Below, in pieces: positions 7,610 through 17,626 of a stretch of 64,000 bases of DNA. The stretch covers positions 64,001 through 128,000 of the forward strand of contig JAHQWJ010000014.1 in NCBI GenBank assembly GCA_029856125.1, given 5' to 3'. The notes beneath the pieces are model-generated. The model did not search any database. It was not told where the DNA came from and worked only from the letters and a program-made list of their open reading frames with translations. A program made the translations under genes and the position numbers. Numbering within the stretch: the stretch's first letter is position 1; every line of letters starts with the position of its first letter. This stretch comes from Promethearchaeia archaeon (GTDB lineage Archaea > Asgardarchaeota > Lokiarchaeia > Sigyniarchaeales > SOKP01).

Positions 7610-9319
7610 TTAGAGAAAAATCTCCATTCCAGGCGGAAGCCACGGTTTATAAATTCGCATATGATCTGTAAAGAAATTTGAGAAGCCGTTTTTTAAACAT
7701 AAATCTAACCAATGAAATACTACTTCTTGCCCATGTTTTTCTTTAGAAATTTTTCCGAACATATTACTCAAATAACTTCCGATTGTATTTTTATCCTCTG
7801 AAGGTATATCTGTTGCTTGGATATTTACTAAGATGTTTTCAAGTTGCACCATGTAAGATTTAAAATTTGTTAAGAGTTCTAATATTTTAGCTCTATCTTG
7901 AGGATAATCCTTGGGTTTATTGGTTAATTTACTAAACTTCCCAAGATTTTTCATAAGACCTTTAATGTTGTCTAAAAAGTGTGGTATATTTAACTTGACT
8001 AAATCTTGTTCCAGGTTCCTAGTTATAAAGGTATTCATTGTTATTTTATTGTAAAAATAAATAACTGGTAAAGAGATTGTTTTGTCAAACTGTTTAATTA
8101 ACGGAATTCCCATTGTATAATATCTTGCCTCACCAGTACCTGCAATATGTATTGCTGGTTTGATAGTTTTTGAAACTAAATATTGGCGTGATTCAACTCT
8201 GGGAGTAAAAAAAGTAACATGTTCAGATAGATCGGGGTTATTCTTTTCGAGACAAAAATCTATTAAATTTCCGCAATTATCGCACTCACACTTAACGTGG
8301 ATCATTGAGGTATAATCTTGCCCGGTTAATTCCAATCTTCTGCAGTTACACTGTTCATTCGCGCATTCATAAAAAAAGGGGACAAAATCAGGTCTAATCT
8401 CTCTTAAGGGAGGGCGAATATTATGCTCCATAAATTGATTTTTCAAATTGATATAAGTATCAACATACCGGCTTTGATTCTCTAATAGAGTTTCATAAAA
8501 TGGTGTTAATAGTTTCTTATATTCTATATCTGAAGCAGAAATGAAAAGATATCCTTGGTCAAAGATAACATTGGAAATTGTCCCAATTATGTTGATGAAC
8601 CAATCTGTATAGTTCTCTGCGTTATTGTGGGCTAACTTGATTAATCGAAGCGCTTCTTCTAACCGTTCTTCTAATAGCTTTTTATGCCAATTATCTTCTA
8701 TGCTGGAATTAATGGAATTACTGTATTTTTTTCTAATTTCTTGAAATTGCTCCATGAGATAAGACACAGATGGTAGCGGCAGATTTCTAATTCTCATACC
8801 AAGAAATTCCTTTTCTATTTCAGGTTTTATTGAAATTGAAAATCCATTAGGAGAATCGCTTTGCGAAAATTTAGTTTTTATTAATTCTGAATGGACCTTA
8901 TCATAATCAGCAACGTAAAAAATTGGAATTACGCTAGTATCAAGATTGGCGAAAGCTGCTCCGCAAGCAATTTTGTTAAAAAGAAACCTTTCACCACCTA
9001 AAAATTTTGGTTGATGCGAAACTTCTAAACTCAGACTATTATTATCGGTAAGAAAATTTTTCAAATGTCTCTTAGCTTTGTCAGTTAGTAGATTATATTT
9101 CTTATTTGTGTTTTCAAATATTTTCCCCATTGCTCCTTTTATTTCATCGCTATTTGGATCTTTTTTCGTTTCTCTGTTTACTTTCTTGGCAAGGAAAATG
9201 GCATCGCTCATAGATTGGGGTATAAGATCGTTCATTCCTTCAGAAATCCAAGATTTCTGTCCTTCTAAGGCATATAAGAGGTAATATTTTAATGGGTCTT
9301 CGAATTTATCGTTTGACAT
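7610..9319 (-). CDS. bshC: BshC-like putative cysteine-adding enzyme (bacillithiol-type thiol synthesis)
   Basis: SHQPKFLGG..LFNK, PIFYVADYD..HSE and TPRVESRQ...AIHIAGTGEARYY parallel the BshC motifs GQQ..GP.Y..YK, PVFW.A.EDHD..E and SPNV..RP...GGPGE..YW. 569 aa; next to bshB1. Confidence 0.72.
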   Translation of the reverse strand: MSNDKFEDPLKYYLLYALEGQKSWISEGMNDLIPQSMSDAIFLAKKVNRETKKDPNSDEIKGAMGKIFENTNKKYNLLTDKAKRHLKNFLTDNNSLSLEVSHQPKFLGGERFLFNKIACGAAFANLDTSVIPIFYVADYDKVHSELIKTKFSQSDSPNGFSISIKPEIEKEFLGMRIRNLPLPSVSYLMEQFQEIRKKYSNSINSSIEDNWHKKLLEERLEEALRLIKLAHNNAENYTDWFINIIGTISNVIFDQGYLFISASDIEYKKLLTPFYETLLENQSRYVDTYINLKNQFMEHNIRPPLREIRPDFVPFFYECANEQCNCRRLELTGQDYTSMIHVKCECDNCGNLIDFCLEKNNPDLSEHVTFFTPRVESRQYLVSKTIKPAIHIAGTGEARYYTMGIPLIKQFDKTISLPVIYFYNKITMNTFITRNLEQDLVKLNIPHFLDNIKGLMKNLGKFSKLTNKPKDYPQDRAKILELLTNFKSYMVQLENILVNIQATDIPSEDKNTIGSYLSNMFGKISKEKHGQEVVFHWLDLCLKNGFSNFFTDHMRIYKPWLPPGMEIFL

Positions 9320-9330
9320 CTTTATTTTAC

Positions 9331-10026
9331 CTACAATTTCAAGTTTTCAAAATCCACCATTAAATGTTCAAGGCTAATAAATCCTTCGGCGTATTTTACC
9401 CCAATTTGATATCCCAAATATCCAGCACGTTCCTTTATATAATCAAAAATTCTTAAATGCTTTTTATTATCAACGAACTGTGATTTATAGGCTTTAAGCG
9501 CATTTATTTTTTCTTCGATAGAATCAGAGATATCGATTAAAAAGTCCAGTTTTCGATTCTTGTCCATTAAATGTGAATGATCAAAATAAAATACATATTT
9601 AGGGTAATGTTCCGGATATTCGGATTCGGTTTTTGTTAGTTTTGCTTGAAATTTAGCGGCGTTTACAATCTGATGGCAAGCAATGTGGTCTGGGTGCCAA
9701 TCATTAGGGGGGTGGGTAATAAGAATATTGGGTTTATATTTTCTAATCACTTCAGAAACTTTTTTTCTATTCTCTATAGTATTTTCAATATATCTATTTG
9801 TCATGTCGAGAGTAATTCTTAGATCTAGATTTAAAATTTCAGAAGCTGCTTTAGCCTCGGCCTTTCTTTTTTCAACAGTACCGAATGGTGTGGGTTCCCC
9901 ATTTGATAAGTCTAAAACCCCAACTCTTTTACCTCTTTTCTTGTAATGGGCAATTGTTCCTCCACATCCAATTTCTGCGTCATCAGGATGGGCCCCTATT
10001 ACTAAAATATCTAACTCTGGCTTCAT
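9331..10026 (-). CDS. bshB1: PIG-L/BshB1-type N-acetylglucosaminyl deacetylase (start revised to ATG at 10026)
   Basis: MKPELDILVIGAHPDDAEIGCGGTIA, LSNGE, HPDH, IDISD..K..A.KAYKSQF, GVKYAEGF. Confidence 0.85.
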   Translation of the reverse strand: MKPELDILVIGAHPDDAEIGCGGTIAHYKKRGKRVGVLDLSNGEPTPFGTVEKRKAEAKAASEILNLDLRITLDMTNRYIENTIENRKKVSEVIRKYKPNILITHPPNDWHPDHIACHQIVNAAKFQAKLTKTESEYPEHYPKYVFYFDHSHLMDKNRKLDFLIDISDSIEEKINALKAYKSQFVDNKKHLRIFDYIKERAGYLGYQIGVKYAEGFISLEHLMVDFENLKL

Positions 10027-10036
10027 TTTAATCCTA

Positions 10037-10939
10037 CTAAGTTTCCAGTTCTCTAATTTGTGTAAATATTGCTTCTTGTATTTTTTTAAAGTTATATTTA
10101 TTAATATCATCCACACTATTGAAGTAATTTGAAAAAATTGACTTAAAAACATTAATATCTGTTTTTAAAGGAGCTTTGATGAGTGATTCAATTAACTGAA
10201 TATACTTTTCAATTCTTTCTTCTCCTTTCTTAAACAAAAAGCTATCTTTTGCATTTTTTAAAATTGCATCTCTATCTTTATATATTACTGGAACCCCTTT
10301 TTCAACAATTTTATATCCTTTTTTCTTTGCTTTAATCCAGATTTCGATGGGTATTTCGTAACCATTTACTATTAAATCCAAATCATTAATCGCACTACAT
10401 TCATATGCTTTTAGTCCACAAAAAGCATCTGAAATAGAAAATCCGAGTGTATTGAGAATTCCCGTGATGATCGCGTTTACAAGAAATCTATCTTTCCACG
10501 GTTTTTGCCAGTAATGGTTTGAATTTTTATATCTTGAACCAGAGATTATTTGCTCTGGTGGATTTTCAAGAATTAAATCAATAAACTTGTATAAACACTC
10601 TGGTTCGTGTTGACCATCCATATCGAACGATATAATCCACGGAAAATTCATTTCTTTAGCGTAACTAAAACCTCTTATGAGTGTATAACCATAACCTTTA
10701 TTTTCTTTAAAGTTAACAATATTAAAAAGGGAATCGTGATTGTTCTTATTTAAAATTTGCATGGTTCCATCAGTAGAACCATCATTAATGATAAGGATTT
10801 TCAAATTGAATTCGTTTCTTTTTTGCGAATTTTGTTTTACACGACGGAGATGTTCTAATATATCTTCAATGTTTTCCTCTTCGTTAAAACACGGGATTAG
10901 TAAAAGAATGTCAACTATTTTTTCAGAAATATCGAACAA
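10037..10939 (-). CDS. Glycosyltransferase family 2 (DPM-synthase-like)
   Basis: IPCFNEE, INDGSTDGT, NKGYG, DMDGQH, GSRY, ISDAFCGLKAY. Confidence 0.9.
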   Translation of the reverse strand: MFDISEKIVDILLLIPCFNEEENIEDILEHLRRVKQNSQKRNEFNLKILIINDGSTDGTMQILNKNNHDSLFNIVNFKENKGYGYTLIRGFSYAKEMNFPWIISFDMDGQHEPECLYKFIDLILENPPEQIISGSRYKNSNHYWQKPWKDRFLVNAIITGILNTLGFSISDAFCGLKAYECSAINDLDLIVNGYEIPIEIWIKAKKKGYKIVEKGVPVIYKDRDAILKNAKDSFLFKKGEERIEKYIQLIESLIKAPLKTDINVFKSIFSNYFNSVDDINKYNFKKIQEAIFTQIRELET

Positions 10940-11099
10940 CCAATCATACTTTATAAATCTTCATTGAAATAATACATCAAAATTTTTAGAATTGTTGATT
11001 TTAAGTTATAAAAATAATGAAAAAATTCAAAATTAGCGAGTAATTCACGCTGAAGTTGAAAGATAAATATTAAAAATTAAAGCGCCATTTTATCTCACT

Positions 11100-11609
11100 A
11101 TGAAATATTCAAAACAACATGCAGCAGTCTGTGGTCTTTATTGCCCGGCTTGTTCGATATTTATTGGAACTCAAGAAGATCCTCAGAGGCTTGAGTATAT
11201 TGCGAAACGGTCTAACAGCACTCCGGAAGAGATAAAATGTTATGGATGTCGTTCTGAGAAGAGATATATTTTTTGTGAGCAAGACTGCAAAATGTTTCCG
11301 TGCGCTCAGGAAAAGGGAATTGATTTTTGTGGAGAATGTGAAGATTACCCCTGTGAAGATATAAAAGAATTTCAGGCTAAAATGCCCCACCGATTGGAAC
11401 TATGGGAGGCTCAAGAACAAATCAAAAAGGTAGGATACGAGCAGTGGTTAAAAGAAATGGAAACGCATTACGCTTGTTCTGAATGTGGAACCATCAATTC
11501 TACTTACGATCCGAGATGTCGATCCTGTGGTCATCAACCGTGCAATCAGTATAATGCAATTCATGGAAAGGAGATATTAGAGTTCTTCAAAAAACCCAAC
11601 TCAAAGTAG
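11100..11609 (+). CDS. DUF3795-like Cys-rich (Fe-S/Zn) protein
   Basis: VCGLYCPAC, CYGCR, C..CAQEKGIDFCGECEDYPC and a C-terminal zinc ribbon. Confidence 0.75.
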   Translation: MKYSKQHAAVCGLYCPACSIFIGTQEDPQRLEYIAKRSNSTPEEIKCYGCRSEKRYIFCEQDCKMFPCAQEKGIDFCGECEDYPCEDIKEFQAKMPHRLELWEAQEQIKKVGYEQWLKEMETHYACSECGTINSTYDPRCRSCGHQPCNQYNAIHGKEILEFFKKPNSK

Positions 11610-11641
11610 CGGAAAGGTACCCTTTTTCTTTATTATAATCT

Positions 11642-12331
11642 TCATTTAGATTTGATCAAAAATCCTTTAAGGACTAAGAGGGCTCCAATATCTATAATAA
11701 TTAACGCTAGAATCTCCATCACAATTAACGAGAGCAATCCCCCTGTTAAATTGATAACAAGTCCAAATAAAAATATAATTACTCCTAATGAAAACCATTT
11801 TATTCTTTTTTTGGTTTCGCCTTCTATTTTTCTGTTAATTACGATATATCTATAAACAGCATATATGGCTATTAATATCCGAATGGTATTCACAAAAATT
11901 AACAAACCGGGAGGAGTATGGGTATTGACTATACCAAGAGCGTAATCACTCATATCTAAATACGGAGGTAAGATAAAATATCCAATGCTCATGATAAAGA
12001 ATAAAATTAGCATGGTTCCTAAATACTTCAAGCTCATGGCAATCTTGGTGTGCTTTTCTAACACGAAGAGTGTCATCGGGAGGGAAATTGAGTTAAAATT
12101 AAAAAAGATATGGGCTGTTATCATGAGCGGAATAATAATATCCGAATTATTTAAAATTAAATGGTAAATCGCATAAATTAAAAATCCTAAGGATGAGGAT
12201 ATAAAGTATAAGGCAAACCATTTGTTCAACAAATCACTTTTGTTTAAAAAAAGAACCCGTAATCCAATAATTAGTGCGATAGCGGCTGTGATTATTGTCG
12301 TGATTATTTTTAGTAGATTTAATAGATCCAA
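11642..12331 (-). CDS. Multi-pass (about 7 TM) membrane protein, stand-alone sensor-like
   Basis: About 7 hydrophobic segments; no cytoplasmic output domain. Confidence 0.6.
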   Translation of the reverse strand: MDLLNLLKIITTIITAAIALIIGLRVLFLNKSDLLNKWFALYFISSSLGFLIYAIYHLILNNSDIIIPLMITAHIFFNFNSISLPMTLFVLEKHTKIAMSLKYLGTMLILFFIMSIGYFILPPYLDMSDYALGIVNTHTPPGLLIFVNTIRILIAIYAVYRYIVINRKIEGETKKRIKWFSLGVIIFLFGLVINLTGGLLSLIVMEILALIIIDIGALLVLKGFLIKSK

Positions 12332-12624
12332 ATTATGCAGACTTTATAATTAATTAATTAATTTATTTTTTTTATTGTTATTAGGCATTATATCCTATAT
12401 ATAATTACCTTTTCGATTATCAAGTAATTATAAATGTGGTAAAATTTTTAGTTAAAATCAAGGATTTAAAACGCAAAAATTAAAAAACCTACCGGTAAAA
12501 ATAAGAATTTACTGGTTAATTTCAGTGCAATTTTTATATAATAATTTTACTAATGGATATTTAATCATTATCGCTGATTAGATTTGATAATGAAATTTGA
12601 GAGAAAATCAGAAGGTGACTGAAA

Positions 12625-13869
12625 ATGCGAAGAAAAATAGTTAATATGAAATCAAATGCAAAATCAAAAATAATAGTTTTTATGATTTTAGGAATTCTAT
12701 TCACTTTATCGCCAATAATGAATAGTAATTTTAGTTTTATAGCGGGTAATAACACCAAAAGTTTGGAATATAGCGATGCTATTGCTTTTGACAACGAAAA
12801 TTTGAAAACATCAAAAGTATCGGGGAAAATTTCTATTAACGGTAATTCTGGCTGGGCTAGTTTTAAAGCAACGGGAAATTGTACGGGCGAAGGGACTTAT
12901 TCAAATCCGTATGTTATTGAAGATTTAGAAATAGTTGGCGGAGGTTCGGGAAGTGGCATATCGATTACAAATTCTGACGTGTATTTTAAGATAAAAAATT
13001 GTACGATTTCTGGTTTTAGTAATGGAATCTCCTTATACTATACTAATAATGGAACTTTAATTGAGAACAACTGTTCAGATAACTATTATGGACTACACAC
13101 AGGTTTCTCTGATAATAACACTATTATAGGAAACATTGCGAGTGATAATACAAATAGTGGAATATTTTTAGATAATAGCACTACTCATATAGTTTCAGGG
13201 AATGATTGCAGTAGAAATACCGAAATAGGGTTATATATACAGAAATCTACTAATAATACTTTCTTAGAAAATATTGTATTCGACAATGGTTGGGTTGGAG
13301 TATATTGTGATGGTAATAGTAACACCATTTCTAAAAATACTGTAAATTATAATACTGAATGTGGAATATATTTAGCATTGTGTGATAGGAACGTCATTAC
13401 GGGAAATACTGCAAGCTTCAATGAAGAAAATGGAATAAGATTATATGAATGCCATTATACCAACATATCAGACAATAGCGCTTGGAATAATATAGATAAT
13501 GGTATTAATTTAGCGAATTCTAATCACAATACTGTTTCGGGAAACACCGCGAATAACAATACTGGGTCTGGGATACTCTTATCTTGGAGTACTGATAACA
13601 TTGTTTCGGAAAACGCCGCTAAACTAAATCTAGTAGGAATTACTTTAGAAGGGAGTAACTACAATACAATTTCGAAAAATAATTTAATTGGAAATAGCGA
13701 TTGTATTATTGAAATTGATTGTGAAGGTAATATTTTACAAAATAACGATTGTGTTGCTGACGATGGAATTCCTATCGAAATGATCATTTTAATTTCGAGT
13801 ATTAGCGGAGGAGCAGTGATAGGTGTAACAGCCATACTGTTAATTATCCGTAAAAGGAAAAGAATCTAA
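12625..13869 (+). CDS. Cell-surface right-handed parallel beta-helix (NosD/CASH) protein with C-terminal TM anchor
   Basis: N-terminal hydrophobic segment, GTYSNPYVIE, repeated GIxLxxSxxNxxxxN, C-terminal TM followed by RKRKRI. Confidence 0.85.
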   Translation: MRRKIVNMKSNAKSKIIVFMILGILFTLSPIMNSNFSFIAGNNTKSLEYSDAIAFDNENLKTSKVSGKISINGNSGWASFKATGNCTGEGTYSNPYVIEDLEIVGGGSGSGISITNSDVYFKIKNCTISGFSNGISLYYTNNGTLIENNCSDNYYGLHTGFSDNNTIIGNIASDNTNSGIFLDNSTTHIVSGNDCSRNTEIGLYIQKSTNNTFLENIVFDNGWVGVYCDGNSNTISKNTVNYNTECGIYLALCDRNVITGNTASFNEENGIRLYECHYTNISDNSAWNNIDNGINLANSNHNTVSGNTANNNTGSGILLSWSTDNIVSENAAKLNLVGITLEGSNYNTISKNNLIGNSDCIIEIDCEGNILQNNDCVADDGIPIEMIILISSISGGAVIGVTAILLIIRKRKRI

Positions 13870-14075
13870 TATTAAAAATTTCTTTCTATTTTTTTTTATT
13901 ATTTTTAAATAATTGATGCTCTTTTTTAGTGTCTGTCATAGGTTTAAATCGCAAAAATTAAAAAGATTGATGGCGATTTATTATGTGTAATTTATTTCTT
14001 CGAGTGAAGAAGTATAAATTAGGTATAATATATATATAGATCATCTTAATGAGATATATTAGGAGTAGAGCTTAA

Positions 14076-14858
14076 ATGATATCGTTTGAAGCAGAGAGAA
14101 ATCCGCCGTGGTTTTTTCAATATATTGAGAATTATTCGCATTTATTGTTGGATTTGAGATTTAAGACAGAGGACATCCCAGTGGAGATGTTAAACTTCTC
14201 GTTCGATTTAGAGATCCAAGGGTTTGAGGGTTTGATTTTTTACATTTACAAACCATCGTTTAATAGAATTGACTTCGACATTCTTGACCATAGAAACGAA
14301 ATGATTCACACCATAAAAGATCTATATATCAATGTGAAAGATTATTCTTCTTCTGACTCGTTAGATTTTATAATCATTCCATTTGGACGTTTTAAAGAAG
14401 ACCATAAATTTATTCCCGTGATTCGTAGTGGAAATGTCGTATCAAACTTTCAAACATTTACCTGGACTCCTTCGCTACTATTTAAAAATATTAAATCTGT
14501 TATTAAAATCTCTAATAAATACGAGGAAATAATCCCAAGAGAGTATTTTGATAGGTATTATTACCAATTTGATAGTTCCTTTAAAGGAAACAAAACGGAA
14601 TTTTTATTCAGCCTTATTAATCTTCTCGTTCACCTCGAGGAAATCCCTGATGTAGAACCCTTGGTTACTAAAATTAAAATGGTAATATCGAAAACAAACG
14701 AGCTATTGTTTGAATTAATCGAAAGATCGATTCCCTTAGAGATGATAAATCTCCTTAAGGAGATTGAAAGATTGAAATTTAACCTCGATAACTTATCAAA
14801 AGAAGAAATCTTTAACTGGTTGGATGATTTATTAACCTCGTACAGTGAGAAGATCTAG
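14076..14858 (+). CDS. Hypothetical protein
   Basis: 260-aa ORF with AGGAG SD; no recognised motif. Confidence 0.6.
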   Translation: MISFEAERNPPWFFQYIENYSHLLLDLRFKTEDIPVEMLNFSFDLEIQGFEGLIFYIYKPSFNRIDFDILDHRNEMIHTIKDLYINVKDYSSSDSLDFIIIPFGRFKEDHKFIPVIRSGNVVSNFQTFTWTPSLLFKNIKSVIKISNKYEEIIPREYFDRYYYQFDSSFKGNKTEFLFSLINLLVHLEEIPDVEPLVTKIKMVISKTNELLFELIERSIPLEMINLLKEIERLKFNLDNLSKEEIFNWLDDLLTSYSEKI

Positions 14859-14925
14859 CTGGTTTTAAAACTCAGGGGCAAATTTTACTAATTAGATTAA
14901 AAGAAAAAAAGATAATTTATTGCAT

Positions 14926-15471
14926 CTATTTTTTAAATCGTTTAATTAAGGTAAGGACTAAAACAACTAAGAAGAAGATTGCCCCTACCAATAGAAAACC
15001 AAATTTTATAAATGCTGTTATCGAAGCGGTCAAGGGTACGAAAGATGCAAAGTTAGGAGTATCGTTAAGCATGATAAGGAGGTTGATATTTTCTACTAAG
15101 TCGAAAATTCCTGCGACCAAAGGCGTAAGGCTCATGTAAAGACCAATATCTACTATTTTACCACTTAATTTACGAGTAAACAGTAAAATTAACGCAAAGA
15201 GAGGCACAGAGTATCCTATGATATAGAGAAAGTCCCAGTACACTCCGTTAGCTTGTAAAATAATTCCGCTGCTGTCCCAATCTGCAAAAATAACTAAAAT
15301 TTGATCTTTATTCCAGGCGAATTCGAAATCAAGTATTCCATAGACAAAACCTGAATTTGCTAAGGGTTCAAAAACGAGCATATTAATAACTAGAAGAATA
15401 ATGATGCCGATTGCCGCTATTATTAATAAAATTAAATCGCTTGGAGTTTTTTTTAATTTTTCTAATATCAT
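14926..15471 (-). CDS. Hypothetical membrane protein
   Basis: 4 TM segments; DFLYIIGY and FDLVENI..L motifs of an uncharacterised membrane family. Confidence 0.65.
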   Translation of the reverse strand: MILEKLKKTPSDLILLIIAAIGIIILLVINMLVFEPLANSGFVYGILDFEFAWNKDQILVIFADWDSSGIILQANGVYWDFLYIIGYSVPLFALILLFTRKLSGKIVDIGLYMSLTPLVAGIFDLVENINLLIMLNDTPNFASFVPLTASITAFIKFGFLLVGAIFFLVVLVLTLIKRFKK

Positions 15472-15653
15472 TCTAATTTCTCATGTTGTTGTAATATTAA
15501 ATTTAACTGTTTAATGTATTATTTACTGTAAGCAATATAAAGAATTCGCGAATGATTTAATGATTTAAAGAGGAACTAATCGAGTTATAATCATTAAATT
15601 TTATTAGACTCTAATATTACATAATGTAGTTAAATCGCTCCGTTAAATTACTC

Positions 15654-15896
15654 ATGTGTCTCGCAATTCCAGGTAAAATTGTAAGTATTGATGGGAATAG
15701 TGCTATAGTCGATTTCGATGGAATAAAACAAGAAGTCATTATAGCATTGGTATTAAACCCAGAAGTAGGTAAGTACGTTATTATTCACGCTGGTTACGCA
15801 ATTGAACAAATGGACGAGAAAGACGCTATGGAGGCAATTGAAATGTGGAAAGAAATCTCTGAGGATCAGAGCCTCGATTTATCCGACATGTTATGA
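15654..15896 (+). CDS. hypC: Hydrogenase maturation chaperone HypC/HupF
   Basis: MCLAIPGKIV..VDFDG..VGKYVIIHAGYAI. Confidence 0.96.
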   Translation: MCLAIPGKIVSIDGNSAIVDFDGIKQEVIIALVLNPEVGKYVIIHAGYAIEQMDEKDAMEAIEMWKEISEDQSLDLSDML

Positions 15897-15919
15897 TAAC
15901 AGAAACTTGTCTAAAAGAA

Positions 15920-16105
15920 CTACTTCTTCTTCTTATCTATGGTTGATAGTACTAAGTATTTTGCGTTTGAAATTATAGCAACACCAATGAAAAGTAAGAT
16001 TATCACATCAAGAAGTATATTCGCATTCCCAAACATCTCAACGACAAACGCAGTTATCAAACAGAACATTCCTAAGACAAGTAGATTCTCTTTTTTTTTA
16101 ACCAT
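15920..16105 (-). CDS. Small 2-TM membrane protein
   Basis: 61 aa with two hydrophobic helices; GAGGGA SD upstream. Confidence 0.55.
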   Translation of the reverse strand: MVKKKENLLVLGMFCLITAFVVEMFGNANILLDVIILLFIGVAIISNAKYLVLSTIDKKKK

Positions 16106-16255
16106 CTTGATCTCATCCCTCCTTTTAGTAATTTTAATAATTTTTGGATTACTCCAATCAAGAGGGTCAAAATTACTTATTTATTGATTTCATATATAGA
16201 CTATATATGTTACAAAATTGGGAGAAACAAGGAACGCAAAGAACCTTATTTTCGT

Positions 16256-17059
16256 CTATAAATCAAATAGTTCTAGTTTGAGTTTCTTTAATTTATCGTA
16301 AAGCCTTCCGATTGATTGAATCGCTCCTGATTTATCATTATGATCTAAAGGTGAAGTACCCTTTAAATCTGCTTTTCCGATTTCATGATCAAAAGGAATA
16401 AAATGATATAGCGGGATTTCCCAGTTTTTAATTCTCTCGTTAATTGTAGCTAATTGAGAATCGTCAAACACTTTATTGGCAATAAGAAATATGTTGACAA
16501 CTCCTAACTTTTTGGAAAGGTCGATTATTTTATTACATAGGTCCAATGATTTTTGAGAGGGTTCGGTAACTACGAGCATAACATCGATTCCTTTAGCAGT
16601 TCCGCGACCTAAATGCTCCAGTCCCGCTTCGAAATCAACAACAATTACTTCATTTCTTTTTACAAGCAAATTAAATAGCAAGGTTCTGATGAGCGCGTTT
16701 TCTGGACATAAACATCCTGATGCTGGTTCTTCGATACCCCCTAAAACTAGAAGCTGTAAGTTGTCTGGACCAGTAACTTTAAATCTGTCTGGAATGTCCG
16801 CTACTTCAGGGTTAATGTTATAAACACCGGCGCCAGCTCCCTTCACAGACGTCCGTTCTTCAATCATAGCCGTCATTTCAGAAATTGGGACAATCTTCGA
16901 TTTTACTTCGTCTTCGATCCCTAGAGTGTAACTTAAATTCATTGCCGAGTCGTTGTCTATCGCTAAAACATCAAATCCATCTTTAGCAAAAAGTCGAGCA
17001 ATCGTTCCAGCGACTAATGTTTTCCCAACCCCGCCCTTTCCAGATATTGCGATTTTTAT
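16256..17059 (-). CDS. cooC: CooC/AcsF-type nickel-insertion ATPase (extended to probable ATA start)
   Basis: In-frame extension upstream of 16942 reads IKIAISGKGGVGKTLVAGTIARLFAKDGFDVLAIDND (deviant Walker A). Also GCLCPEN and DFEAGLEHLGRGT. Confidence 0.88.
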   Translation of the reverse strand: MKIAISGKGGVGKTLVAGTIARLFAKDGFDVLAIDNDSAMNLSYTLGIEDEVKSKIVPISEMTAMIEERTSVKGAGAGVYNINPEVADIPDRFKVTGPDNLQLLVLGGIEEPASGCLCPENALIRTLLFNLLVKRNEVIVVDFEAGLEHLGRGTAKGIDVMLVVTEPSQKSLDLCNKIIDLSKKLGVVNIFLIANKVFDDSQLATINERIKNWEIPLYHFIPFDHEIGKADLKGTSPLDHNDKSGAIQSIGRLYDKLKKLKLELFDL

Positions 17060-17228
17060 TATTTTTCCCCTTCTAATAATTGTGAACTTATTGTACTAAT
17101 TTGGTTATACTTATAAAAGCTTGAGATTTAATTCTGTAAATGTCTAATAAGAATAGTTTAACATTAATAAGAAATTTTACAAATAATTAATATATTATTA
17201 GCACGGAAGGTTAAAGGCGTTATTATGG

Positions 17229-17489
17229 CTAACAAGTTTTACCCATCGATTGCATTCTTTTTGAGATTCTCATCATCTCATTGAAAATTTTAGAGTTTTC
17301 TTTCGAATCTTTACATATAATTAATTTATCATTCAGATTCTTAATTTTCATGGTTAATTCTGTGAATTCTTTGGGAGGATTGATCTGATAATGGTAAATT
17401 AAAGTTCCATTATCGTTGCACTCGATGAATACCCATTGTTGGTCTTTTTGAGACCAGTTCCATCTATTCTGACTTAACTTTCGTGTCAT
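17229..17489 (-). CDS. Hypothetical protein
   Basis: 86-aa ORF with plausible composition; no motif. Confidence 0.55.
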   Translation of the reverse strand: MTRKLSQNRWNWSQKDQQWVFIECNDNGTLIYHYQINPPKEFTELTMKIKNLNDKLIICKDSKENSKIFNEMMRISKRMQSMGKTC

Positions 17490-17626
17490 ATCGAATAAAC
17501 TTTCATGAATTAATTAATGCTGAGAAATGAAAATGCAAAGCTTAAACCTGTGTATTATTTATTGTTTTATTCGAACTGCTATTTATTTTTTTTAGAAATA
17601 ACATATTAACGAGGAAATATGACATT

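Noticed and set aside
10027-10152. N-terminal 42 aa of the ORF-track bshB1 call
   Set aside because: Overlaps the GT2 gene; family similarity starts at ATG 10026.
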